Position numbers and translations under genes: made by a program
Notes under the pieces: model-generated
Database searches by the model: none
Told to the model about the DNA's origin: nothing
Seen by the model: only the letters and a program-made list of their open reading frames with translations
Part shown: in pieces, positions 53,300-64,000 of the stretch
Position numbering within the stretch: the first letter of the stretch is position 1
Layout: each line of letters starts with the position of its first letter
Assembly (NCBI GenBank): GCA_964035545.1
Contig: OZ037769.1
Coordinates: 16,088,633 to 16,152,632 of the forward strand
Reading direction: 5' to 3'
DNA from: Bugula neritina
Taxonomy: Eukaryota; Animalia; Bryozoa
Length of the DNA stretch: 64,000 nucleotides

Positions 53300-54238
53300 A
53301 TGGCAGAAGACGGCGCGGAGCTACCCATTCCACTAAATGAAAGTGAGGAAGATAATGTTGATATACCTGTGCAACCAGTAGTGTTAGAAGAAGTGAGAAT
53401 TCCTAGAAAGCCTGGTGAAGACAGATACCGGCTGAAGGCGCCCACCTTCACAGGCGAGGAAGCAGTAGAGCAGTTTATCCAGGAATTCCAAGATGTGATG
53501 GAAGTTGCACAGTGGCCACCAAGGGTGGCGTTGCTCAAACTCAGGATGGCGCTGACGGACAAGGCTAAGCCGTACGGAGCGGGACCTGACATAGACGGGA
53601 TCTTTGCTTCTCTGCGGACCCGTTTTGGTATCTCCCCCATAGATGCGCGGGCCCGCCTACAAAGGCTGCGGCGTGATCCTCACACGTCGCTACAAGAGCA
53701 CGCTGCCACGGTGTACCCGCTGGCGCAGATCGCGTTCCGGGATCTGCCTCAAGTACACCGTGAGAGGTATACTTATGATGCCTTCGTGCAGTCCATCAAC
53801 GACTTGGGGCTCCACCATCAGTTCCAAGCGAGGGGAGTCACCACGGTCGAGGATGCACTTGCGGTGGGAGAAGCCTACCTCATGGCGACTCATATGCACA
53901 GCAACCGCGTGGCTTCCCGCCAGGTGGCCACGGAGCACAATACTGCTTATACTGAACCAAATGCGGAACCCTCCGCGGTGGCTAATGTGAACCAGATGTC
54001 ACTGATGTCACAGATGACTGACATGCTAGATAAACTGGTCGCCACATTAGCTCCCCCAAGCCAGGTAGATACCGCCCGTGAGCCTTGCGGGCCGCAGGTA
54101 CAATCACCAGGCATGGGGCATAACTTCTGCTGGGGATGCGGAAGGCCAGGACATTTCCAGAAAAACTGCCCTCAACTCCAACAAGGGTTAAACTACCACG
54201 GCCCGCAGATGTTCCCACCTCCTGCGGGCCGCCGGTAA
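53300..54238 (+). CDS. gag: Gypsy A gag
   Basis: Open ORF after the PBS; LKAPTFTGEEAVEQFI; CCHC knuckle CWGCGRPGHFQKNC. Confidence 0.88.
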   Translation: MAEDGAELPIPLNESEEDNVDIPVQPVVLEEVRIPRKPGEDRYRLKAPTFTGEEAVEQFIQEFQDVMEVAQWPPRVALLKLRMALTDKAKPYGAGPDIDGIFASLRTRFGISPIDARARLQRLRRDPHTSLQEHAATVYPLAQIAFRDLPQVHRERYTYDAFVQSINDLGLHHQFQARGVTTVEDALAVGEAYLMATHMHSNRVASRQVATEHNTAYTEPNAEPSAVANVNQMSLMSQMTDMLDKLVATLAPPSQVDTAREPCGPQVQSPGMGHNFCWGCGRPGHFQKNCPQLQQGLNYHGPQMFPPPAGRR

Positions 54239-56583
54239 ATCACCCAGGGAGGACCGCGCGTCTGCCACCCCGCTGGGCGCCGCGCGGAGATGCTGTGAAG
54301 TGGCGACCCTCACGGCAAGTAGGCTTAAGCCACTCGCCGCCTGGGTCCTCTACGCCACTCCAACACGGATCCAGCAGACGGTTGATCTCAGAGCCTGCGA
54401 GGGAAACAGTACAGGCGCTGCAAGGCGTACCGCCCCAACTTCGGCAGCTGGTCAATAGTCGTCGCCAACCGTGGACCCCTCGACCCACAGCGAGGGAGGT
54501 GCAACCACGGCACACACAGCTGCAGCCACACGGAAGTAGCTACTTCCTGCCAGGAAAGCTAGCCGGCAAGCCTGCCAACTTCCTTCTGGAGTCAGGCTGC
54601 ACCACCAACCTACTTAGCCGTCAATTCTTTGACACCCTCAGCGCTAAGGTCAAGGACGAGTTGGCACCGTATGAGGGGGATCATGGCACCCTGGCAGACA
54701 GGTCGTGCATTCCCTTCTACGGCATTATTGAGCTGACTGGTTACATCCGTAACCAGGCCATCCAAGAGACGTTTATCGTCGGACAGCTCAACGAGGATGC
54801 TATCCTCGGGATGCCATTCTTACAACGACACGGATGTCGCATTGATTTCAGTAAATCTGCAATGATCATGGGCGACAGGGAGCTCGCTTGTGTCGATAAG
54901 TTTGGTCGTCCTCTAGCGGGAGGAGTGCAGGTAGTAAGGAGCTGTACGATACGAGGCCACTCCCGGGCTACCGTCCGGTGCAAAGTAGACGGTGGCCAAA
55001 CCTCTAAGTTGGGAGTTGTCGAAAGTATGCACTCAAGAATCCAACTTGCCCATAGCTTTAGCCGGCTTACGGGACAAGGAGAGATCTCAGTGCAGTGCGT
55101 CAACCCCTCCTCAGAGATGGTAGACCTACCACCCAGGTCCATGCTGGGCCGCTTCCAGCCTGTCCAGGAAGAAGCCATTGGGCCGTCGTTGGGAGCTACG
55201 ACGGAAGGTCCTCAGCAGAGCCCGTCTCAAGGGCGGAGGACCGTCCCAACCCACGCCTCCCATCTTCCAGGGACGCGTGGCGACACAGGCAACAGAAAGC
55301 GCCAGGCTATGGCTATGTTGCCGCGCAGGTACAGTGGGGCGCCCCGCCACACAGACCACGACGCCCGCCTAAATAGAGCAGGCCGTTGTGAGGTACCACG
55401 GGTGGCGGAGACCGCCACTACTCAGCAGCCCACGAGGAGGTTGGGCTCGAAAGAGAGGAGCAGAGTTCCCCCACGGAACTCGGGCCAACTCCAACAGAGG
55501 GCTGACTTGCCCCCGGAGGCCGTCCAGAGCCTCCGCGCCAAACCTGTATGGGCTGGTAACGTTAAGGAGCTGCCGAAACTCCAGGAGAGCCTTCCTGGGA
55601 TGGTAGCCGACGTGTACCGAGCGAAACAGGAAGGGCGACGACCCAGTGGTAGACAACGGCGACAGGGATGCGCCGAGTTACGGCTGTACTGTCAACGTTG
55701 GAACTCCCTGCGAGTCGGGCCAGATGGTCTGCTGACCATGACTTTGGCCGCCAACAGCAGACAACCAGCCAGGAAGAGGATCGTCTGCCCAGCTGCCATC
55801 CGCCGGGAGTTGATACAGGACACCCACGAGCAGACTCACGAAGGAGTCCAGAAGGTGGTCACCAAGCTACAACTCCGGTGGTACTGGCCCAACATGGAGC
55901 GGGTCATCCGGCGCAGAGTGAGATGGTGCAAAGTCTGCCAGACCAACAAACATAGCCGTCTCCCTGGTGAAACGGGGCGGCAGACGCATTGTGCGAGAAG
56001 GTATTGGCAAGCGGAAACTGTCGTTCTGGCCAGAAACATCCCCATGACACCTCAGGAAGACTTGGCGAGGCGAGAAAGGCCACTTCCATCCTTGAAAGTG
56101 CGCCCACCCTCCAAACGTCAAGCCTGCCATCACCACTTCCGAAACCGGAAACGGACCCGGAAGTGCAAAAACCCCCCCGTGGGAGGGGCTCCGTACAGAG
56201 ATACCAACGTAGGAACAACCATCACAAACAGGCTGGAAAAACCACCCGTGAGACATAACAATCCACGGGTGAGCACACTGCCTCCCACAGTGATGACGCC
56301 TCCAGGACCACACACTAGGCAACCCCCAGCGTGTCGCGGAGACTTTGTACGTGACCGTGGTACAAGCGGCAGTTACGAAGGTCTAGCGAGGTCTCGCATG
56401 GGAAAACAGGCAAGGAGACGTGGGAGTTGTAAACACCACGGAAATCTCAACTTTTGCCTCGGCGGAATCACACACGAGATTCATCCGCTGGAAGTGAAAA
56501 GCCCTAGTCACGCTTCACAACCACGCTGTCCGGTCTTTTCCTACGTTGATGCAGTCAAGAGTGGACGTGCCACTAAACAGTAA
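54136..56583 (+). pseudogene. pol: Gypsy A pol remnant (-1 frame): protease with D>E, integrase zinc finger, no RT/RNase H/IN core
   Basis: FLLESGC versus FLIDSGC in element B; HEQTH...CKVC; jumps from TRRLGSKE to the post-RNase H region. Confidence 0.85.
54187..54231 (+). promoter_or_regulatory. -1 ribosomal frameshift signal, Gypsy A
   Basis: G_TTA_AAC in the gag frame, 5-nt spacer, 10-bp stem CGGCCCGCAG/CTGCGGGCCG; pol is in the -1 frame. Confidence 0.75.
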
Positions 56584-56606
56584 TCATTTACCGCTCTCAT
56601 TCCAAA

Positions 56607-57626
56607 ATGTCTTACTATTCTGGATCGAAAGGTGAGTTAATTATGTTTTTGGTACGGGAACTAGAATGCATCAGTCAGCTCTAGCTACACCAGCTAGCGA
56701 GCTGGAGATTCGATAATGAAACACAGTGTGGGAACACACGTCGACTTTGATTTTAAATAATCTGCCATAGCGAGTGTGTTCTTCATCAACTATTCATTAG
56801 CCTGAATCTCACGAGTGTAATTGAACAGAGTACCTGTCAGGCTGTACACGCCGGCGGTACCTCAGTGTATAATCTTTAACACTGCTACTCTTTCAGATCA
56901 CACTCGAGTGACCACCTCCCGGTCACGGGACCAGCCAACCCCTCTACCTATGGAAGAAGAACCTGTGATGGAGAATGGCTTACCCGTGGTGCTTTGTTGA
57001 CGACATCGCTGGGTGTCACCCACGACGGAAAGGAGAATTGAGGAAGCCTGGGGACCAAGCGGACCCCATCGGACCTGCCAGGTCTGCTTCCAGGAGTGCC
57101 CGTCACACCGCTCCCTGCGTCTGCATGTAGACGCCCACTTTCTACTCCATTTCTGCCCATGCCGGTTCCACAATGTATACCCGGAGAGGGCCACATTGTT
57201 GATGAGGACAGTTTCCCCCAGTACCTAGACACCATCAAGCCAGTCATCAAGAAGGCTATCATCCTGGCCGCACTAGCGTCAGGATTCCAAGTACTGCTGT
57301 TATCCGCCCGCCATAAGTCCCCTATGGTTCAGGGCCTGTCCACTACCCCTGTCAACCCTAGCAACACCCCCAAATCCGAAGGAACAACAATACCCCCAAC
57401 ATCAGAGACTGCTACAACTCCACCAAGGCCTGGCCGATTGGCTAGTGTAGAAGAGCGGCTTGTAAAACTACAAGCCGAGTTTACGCAACTTACCCCTGAC
57501 CTCCTGGATACGACGACAGATCTATACCAGCTGAAGGACTCAGTGGGGCGACTGAAGAGGCGGCTACGTGCCCGACAGGCTCGACACAGATCACGCTCGC
57601 TACAAGAGTCAGAGTCCACCCAATGA
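56607..57626 (+). pseudogene. Gypsy A spliced accessory ORF3 (C2H2-like zinc finger + coiled coil), disrupted
   Basis: ATG 56607, donor AAAG|gtgagt 56632, acceptor tactctttcag|AT 56896. Spliced frame matches ORF 57013 (CQVC-x12-HVDAH). One TGA at 56998 and a frame change near 57180. Confidence 0.5.
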
Positions 57627-58731
57627 GTATGCCTGGGGTAGGCACCTTTCGGTGAGCTGTATCCTCGTCTGGAAAGTGACGAGTGCACCGACATTGGCCC
57701 GCGTGCTGGTAAGCACCCTCTCTCTTTATAGCTGACTAGATGTGTGTGTTCGATCACCCTGTTTACTTCTGTATGTGAATGTTTGTGTACTCAACTATTT
57801 ATCTTCCTCCTTTTTGTGGGTTTACTTATGTATTCTTTTTTTTGGATTATTGTATTGTTTTTCTTGATATGTGTTTTTTTGTATTGTGTTATCAGAAAGT
57901 AGGGCTTTCTGCTGGGGGGGCGGTGTAGTGAGTCATGCAATGTACTAATATGAGAATCGTCTGCTCTCCGTTCGGGGAATACTAAGGCCCCTATGTAGCA
58001 ACCAATCAGCAGCACCGGAAGAGATGCTTCCGACTCATGTGACAATTCCCGGGCAATTAACATTGATCACGTTGTTATAAGCGAGGGCTTGAAGTAGAAA
58101 CATGTGTTAGTGGTTGACTTATGTATAGGATAATTTGATGTAATGTTTGCTTTGTATTTTATTGTGGATAATAAACATAATTACTCGACAGCTACCCTAG
58201 TAATTGCTAGTAGAATAGCCGACTAAATACGCAAGTAGATAACTCACGCACAGTAATTGCACGAATTACTACAATAGCAACGCATGGGTTGTTGTGTAAC
58301 TTTGAGAAAGTTAGTTTCAATTTTGTGGAAATTCATTGAATATTGCTCTTTTTTAAATAGAAAAATATTATTATTCTTAACTTTTACTCATGTATTGTGG
58401 TGGTTCGTGGAACTACCAGCAGCACAACATGTGGGGTCGCGTAATTGACCCGGAACAATGGATAGCCAATTAGCGTAGTTGATAGTTAGCAGCAATTGTA
58501 GTTTCCCGCTGCTAACTCAGTCGAAGCTAGAGTGTGAAATAGATTAGATGTGTAACTTGTTTGGAAATAATGTATCGTTTTTATAATGTATAATTGTGTG
58601 TAAAATATACTCGTTCACTCGACTTATCCTGGTGCAGTTCTATAGTAAATAAATAGACTCTCTGGATAGCACATCAACCCTAAATCTGAAAATCTCAACA
58701 GTGGTGGCAGCGGTGGGATAGTGCATCCAAG

Positions 58732-59685
58732 ATGGAGACTGAAAATGCTGGAACTCAACCACCGGCAATCGAAGGTGAGCGTAGAGACAATGCTGTAGAG
58801 ACAATGCCTGTTAACCATGTAGTAGAAGAGCGAAGGGTTCCGCGAGAACTAGCTGAGGACGGCTACAGGTTAAAGGCGCCCACCTTCACGGGTGAAGAGG
58901 AGGTGGAACAATTTATCCAAGAGTTTAGCGACGTAATGGATGTCGCTCAGTGGCCCCCTAGGGTGGCCTTGCTGAAGCTTAGAATGGCATTGATGGACAA
59001 AGCCAAGCCCTATGGGCTGGGCGTAGACATTGATAATATCTTTGCTTCTCTGCGGGCCCGCTTTGGCCTCTCTGCTACAGATGCCAGGGCTCGATTGCAG
59101 AGGTTGCGGCGTGATCCCCGCACCCCGCTGTGGGAGCATGCCGCCGCGGTCATGAAGCTGGCACAGATCGCGTACAGCGACTTGCCCCCAGTCAACCGCG
59201 AGAGGTACACCCTCGACGCTTTCATAGCATCTGTCGACGATCTGGGTCTCCACCACCAGTTTCTAGCTAGGGGAGTCACCACCGTTGAAGATGCTCTGAC
59301 TGAGGGGGAAGCTTACCTCCTAGCTAATCAAATGCATAAAAGTCGCGGAAGCTCCCGCCAAGTGGAGATAGACCGCGCAGACGCGGCCGCGGGACAAGGG
59401 GAGGAAACCCCCGCCGCGGCTGCCGTGTCCCAATTGGCGACGGCATCAAAAGTCACTCAACTGACGGACATGCTAGCCAAGCTGATAGCAACACTGACAC
59501 CACAAAACCCAGTGAGTACCGCCCCTGAGCCCATGCGGCCATCGGCGCCGCCACAGGGAGAAACAGTCAATTTTTGCTGGGAGTGCGGAAATCAAGGACA
59601 TTTCCGCCGATATTGTCCCTTCCTAAATCAGGGGTTAAACTACCGCGGCCCGCAGATGTTCCCACCTTCCGCGGGCCGACGATGA
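58732..59685 (+). CDS. gag: Gypsy B gag
   Basis: 317-aa ORF, CWECGNQGHFRRYC knuckle, collinear with gag A. Confidence 0.9.
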   Translation: METENAGTQPPAIEGERRDNAVETMPVNHVVEERRVPRELAEDGYRLKAPTFTGEEEVEQFIQEFSDVMDVAQWPPRVALLKLRMALMDKAKPYGLGVDIDNIFASLRARFGLSATDARARLQRLRRDPRTPLWEHAAAVMKLAQIAYSDLPPVNRERYTLDAFIASVDDLGLHHQFLARGVTTVEDALTEGEAYLLANQMHKSRGSSRQVEIDRADAAAGQGEETPAAAAVSQLATASKVTQLTDMLAKLIATLTPQNPVSTAPEPMRPSAPPQGETVNFCWECGNQGHFRRYCPFLNQGLNYRGPQMFPPSAGRR

Positions 59686-62600
59686 AACCTCCAGGGAAGA
59701 AGAAACGCAGGTCACCCAGACGGGTACCGCGTACTGGCAACCAACAGTGGCAACAGCCACGACGGACCAGCAAGGGGCTTCGCCCCGCGGCTGCCTTTTC
59801 TATGCCCCTTCACAACAGATTCACAGGGCTACAAGTCCAAGAATCTGGATGGGAGCACACAAAGGTAGCTGAGAATCTAGCCTCGGCACCCCCGAGGCCT
59901 ACCTACCACCGCCCCAAAAGACCTCCTTCGCGACCCAAAGCGAGGGAGGTACTCCCTGCGAGAGTAAGGCCTGAAGGGAGAGTTCAGGTGCAGCCCCATG
60001 GGAACAGCTATTTCTTGCCCGGTAAACTGGAAGGCAAAGCTGTTACTTTTCTCATTGATTCGGGCTGTACCACAAACCTCTTAAGCCGCCAACTCTTCGA
60101 CACCCTCAGCGCTAGGGTCAGGGGCGAGATGGTAGCATACGAAGGGGAATACGGCACCCTAGCTGACGGGTCGTGCCTTCCCTTCTATGGTATAATTGAG
60201 CTGACGGGACGAGTCCGCGATCAAACGATCCAAGAGACGTTCATCGTCAGTCAGCTCAAGGAGGATGCTATCCTCGGGATGCCGTTCCTTAAACGGCACG
60301 GATGTCACATAGATTTTAGCAGATCTGCAATGATGATGTCCGGGCGGGAACTCGCCTGCGTCGACAAGTTCGGCCGCCCTTTAGTGGGAGGTGTGCAAGT
60401 GGTACGCAACCGTACCATACCAGGCCGCTCCCGGGCTACCATTCACTGCAGGGTGAATAGTAGCCGAATCTCTGGACTCGGGGTGGTTGAAGGCGCGCAC
60501 GAAAAGATCCAACTTGCCAGCAGTCTGAATCAGCTGACTGAGCAAGGGGAGATCTTAGTGCAGTGCGTCAACCCCTTTACCGAGCCTATCAAGCTCCCGG
60601 CTGGGTCGATGCTGGGCCGTTTTCACTCTGTTCAAGAGGGAGACGTAGGCCCGTCGCTGGGTGATGCGACAGAGGCACTCCCTCGACACCCTATTCAGGG
60701 ACGAGGGGCAGTCCCAACACATCTCCGGGAGTTATACGAAACAGCCAGTGGCGGCTGCGCGAGTAACAGAGAGCGCCAGGCTATGGCCAAGTTACTACGC
60801 GACTACGGTGATGTGTTCAGCAGCGGAGAGCATGACGTGGGACTGACTGGAATTGTCAGACACGAAATACCGCTGACTGCAGGGACAGTCCCTGTCCGGC
60901 AGCCCACCCGCAGGTTGGGGCCGGAGAAAGAGAAGGAGGTTAGCCGACAAGTACGGGATCTTCTGGACCGGGGACTGATAGAGCCCGCCCATAGTGCGTG
61001 GAGCTCGCCAGTCGTACTGGTCCGGAAGAAAGACGGCAGTTGGCGGTTCTGTGTGGACTACCGCAAACTCAATAGCGTAACCATACAGGACACCTACCCT
61101 CTACCTCGTATTGACGAGTCATTGGACGCCCTAGCCGGCAGCAAGTACTTCAGTACGCTAGACTTGCTAAGCGGCTATTGGCAAGTTCCTCTGAGTCCCG
61201 ACGCCCAGGAGAAAGCGGCGTTTATCACACGGGACGGTTTGTGGAAGTGGAAGGTGCTGCCCTTCGGGTTAACCTCCGCCCCAGCCACCTTCCAGAGGCT
61301 GATGGAACAAGTCCTTAGCGGACTCCATTGGAAGCACTGCTGGTCTACCTCGATGATGTCATCGTAATCTCTCCAGACTTCGAGACACATGTCAGTCGTC
61401 TGCAGGAGGTTTTCGAGAGACTCCGAGGTGCCGGTCTTAAGCTCAAACCTTCCAAGTGCGCTCTATTGCAGCCGGAGGTCAAGTACCTGGGGCACGTTGT
61501 CGGTCGAAACGGCGTGGCGACGGATCCCGAAAAGGTACGGGCAGTAGAAGACTGGGTCACCCCCCAAGACTTGACCGGACTCCGGGCTTTCTTGGGGCTG
61601 GTAGGGTATTACAGGCAATACATACCAGACTTTGCGGGCATAACCCAGCCGTTAAACCGGCTCACCGCAAAGGGAGTGACGTGGCAGTGGACTCCAGTCG
61701 AACAAGAAGCGTTCGACCGCCTCAAGAGCTGCCTACTAACGGCGCCCATCTTGGCCTACCCAGACCCCACTCTGGAGTACATCCTAGACACGGACGCCAG
61801 TGACCAGAATGTTGGCGCTGTGCTGTCACAAGTGCAGGAAGGCCGAGAGGTAGTAGTAGCCTACTACAGCAAGTCTCTCTCACCCGCTGAACGAAGTTAC
61901 TGCACTACCCGCAAGGAGCTGCTGGCAGTAATCAAGTCAGTGAAGCACTTCAGACCATACCTATATGGCAGGAAGTTCCGGCTGCGTACGGATCATGCCT
62001 CGCTGATCTGGTTGTGCAGGAGAGCAGAGCCCTCTAGTCAGGTCGCCCGGTGGCTCGAAATCCTAGCTGAATTCTCATACCGGATCGAACATCGACCGGG
62101 CAAGAGACACAGCAATGTGGATGGGTTGAGTCGCCGACCTGACGGAGGTTGCAAACAGTGTCTCAACATCGAGAGGAGGGATGGAGGTCCCCCACGATGC
62201 GAGTTGGAGACGCTGGCTCATCACGGAGCACCGTTTGACTGGGATCAAGGTCAACTCAGGCAGAGAGTTGATGAGTCCCCGGAGGATGTACAAAACCTCC
62301 GCGCCAACCCTGCACTGGCCGGTAATGTTCGAGAGCTGAAGAAGCTCCAAAAAGAGCTGCCTGGAGTCGTGGCAGACATATACCGGGCCAAAAGGGAAGG
62401 GCGACGACCCAGCGAGGAACGCATACGACAGGGATGCGCCGAGTTCCGGCTATACTGTCAGCGTTGGGACTCGCTGCGGATCGGGCAGGATGGGTTGTTA
62501 ACCATCTCTCTAGCTGCCAGCGGCAGACACCCGGAAAGGAAGAGGGTAGTCTGCCCCACAGCCATCCGCCGTGAGTTGATTTGGGATACTCACAAGCAGG

Positions 62601-63499
62601 CCCACGCAGGGGTCAAGCGAGTGATGTCCAAATTACGACTTCGGTGGTATTGGCCACAAATGGAGCGTGATGTCCGGCTCAGAGTCAAACAGTGTGAGAT
62701 CTGCCAGGCCAGTAAGCATAGCCGCCCCCCTGGTGAAGCAGGACGGCGGAGGCTATACGCTGGTAGGCCCTGGCAAGTAGTTGCTGTAGTTGCACTAGAC
62801 CAACATGTATTCTGTTATTTTGGGCTCCCCGAACAGATACACTCTGATCAAGGCGCTCAATTCCAGTCTCAACTGATGAGCGACCTTTGCCGCCTCTGGG
62901 GAGTAAATCAGAGCAGGAGCACCCCCTACCACCCTCAAGGTAACGGGGTGGTGGAGCGCAACAACCGGATGCTAGGTGATGCACTCCGGAGTCTCCTCCT
63001 TGGACGAGGTCAAGAGGAATGGGACACGGTGTTGCCGCAAGTCATGCGTGCATACCGTAGCACCCCACACACCAGTACTGGTGAGACCCCAAACCTCTTG
63101 ATGATCGGGAGAGAGACTCGTGTCCCCGACCATCTCACCTATCACGTTCCAGAGCAAGATAACTCAGTCCACGAGTATGCCAGTGAACTAGTGGAACGGA
63201 TGAAGGCCGCACACGATATACTGCGCCAACAGCAGTGGAAGGTGCGGCACGAAGATTCCGATGAACCACCCTTCTATCAAAGGGGAGATAAGGTGTGGAT
63301 GGTCAATTACCGTAGGCGCCGCGGACAGGCTGATAAGCTGAAGCCTAAGTTCGTAGGCCCCTACGTGGTTGTCGAGGCTATGCCCAATCATACGTACAAG
63401 ATTGAGCGCTCAGGACAGGTGTCTATCCAGAATGAGTCTCGCTTGAAACCGTATTGGGCTAGCCCCGGCGGAGTGGGAGAAGCCCCCCCCCGTTGTTAG
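59574..63499 (+). pseudogene. pol: Gypsy B pol (PR, RT, RNase H, IN) with 1-nt frameshift before YLDD and deletion in the integrase core
   Basis: FLIDSGC; WRFCVDYRKLN, LPFGLTSAPATFQRLM; YLDD in the next frame (shift at about 61333); LDTDAS, KELLAV, RTDH; HKQAH..CEIC; IHSDQG, VERNNR. The segment carrying the first catalytic Asp after PWQVVAV is missing. Confidence 0.9.
59634..59678 (+). promoter_or_regulatory. -1 ribosomal frameshift signal, Gypsy B
   Basis: Same G_TTA_AAC heptamer and CGGCCCGC/GCGGGCCG stem; pol is in the -1 frame. Confidence 0.75.
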
Positions 63500-64000
63500 A
63501 GCCCAGGAGGCAGACAACAAAGCGCGGGCGACGGCGGCATGGACCTGAATACGAAGTGGTCATACCGCGGGAAGAAAACTTGGTGAGAGAGGAGCGGCAG
63601 CTTTTGTCAACAGAAGCGTGTCCGCCACCGCCAAGTCTAATTCCATCACTTCCAGAAACCGAGCCGGTTCCGGAAGTGCAAACCCCCACGGAGGGAGGGG
63701 CTCCATCCGGAGAACAAGAAGAGGTGACTGCTGACGGTGAAGTAGAGACGCCATTAGAGGCCCCTACTAACGAACCGGCAAGCGTGTCACCCCCCCTAGA
63801 AAGGGGACAGCGTACGAGGCAACCCCCCGCATACTTGAAGGACTTCGTATGTGACTGCGTTAAAAGCGGCACGCATGAAAGTCTAGGGGAAAACCGTATG
63901 AGAAAAGAATCGAGCAAATGTGGGAGTTGTCAACACCACGGAAATATCAACTTTTGCATCGGCGGAAATAGAAACAAAATTCATCCGCCGGGTGCACAAA

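Larger units (their letters stand above)
52915..58273 (+). mobile_element. Gypsy LTR retrotransposon A, non-autonomous (RT, RNase H and integrase core deleted)
   Basis: 350-bp LTRs TGTAGT..ACTACA at 52915-53264 and 57924-58273 (4 differences). tRNA-Leu-type PBS TGGTGGCAGCAGTGGGAT 53266-53283; G-rich PPT 57914-57923; flanks atgg/atag. Confidence 0.93.
58396..64000 (+). mobile_element. Gypsy LTR retrotransposon B (runs off the window), related to A, defective
   Basis: 5' LTR about 58396-58700 (start uncertain by a few bp), PBS TGGTGGCAGCGGTGGGAT 58702-58719, gag, pol in order PR-RT-RH-IN. Confidence 0.92.

Noticed and set aside
34470-63499. Diversity-generating retroelement (variable repeats plus nearby RT)
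   Set aside because: The RT is a Gypsy pol with PR/RH/IN and LTR. There is no non-coding template repeat, and variation is not adenine-restricted.
53260-63917. Many short antisense and alternate-frame ORFs in the Gypsy elements and NTase exons
   Set aside because: Expected shadows of real coding frames, especially in GC-rich sequence; no independent motifs.

Overview
AT-rich eukaryotic DNA, most likely from an invertebrate animal (inferred from GT-AG introns, (TA)n microsatellites and the animal-type TE spectrum). The window is a tandem segmental-duplication cluster of one unusual gene. A 90-nt ATG exon splices in phase 0 to a single 3.3-3.8 kb exon. The product is a Pol-beta-superfamily nucleotidyltransferase (GlnD/GlnE/DUF294-like, GS-x10-DLE motif) followed by a helical region and an array of near-identical 44-aa (132-bp) TPR repeats. 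Repeat number differs between paralogs (5, 6, 9) and variation concentrates at a few codons. Copy 1 (4424-10979) looks intact. Copy 2 (17100-20531) lost its ATG exon through a 1498-bp deletion. Copy 3 (31116-36204) has a 2-bp frameshift just after the catalytic core. Only the ATG exon of copy 4 (51332-51421) is in the window. An RFX X-box-like palindrome followed by a splice donor lies upstream of copies 2-4. Fragments of a convergent minus-strand membrane-protein gene (CLCA-like exon, TM segment, PPxY exon) are partly co-duplicated. The rest is nested TEs and minisatellites: a deleted Copia, two related Gypsy elements (conserved -1 frameshift signal, spliced accessory ORF), Sola2-like, pogo-like, Harbinger-, Kolobok-, CACTA- and hAT-like elements. 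All calls are from manual reading, with no database searches.
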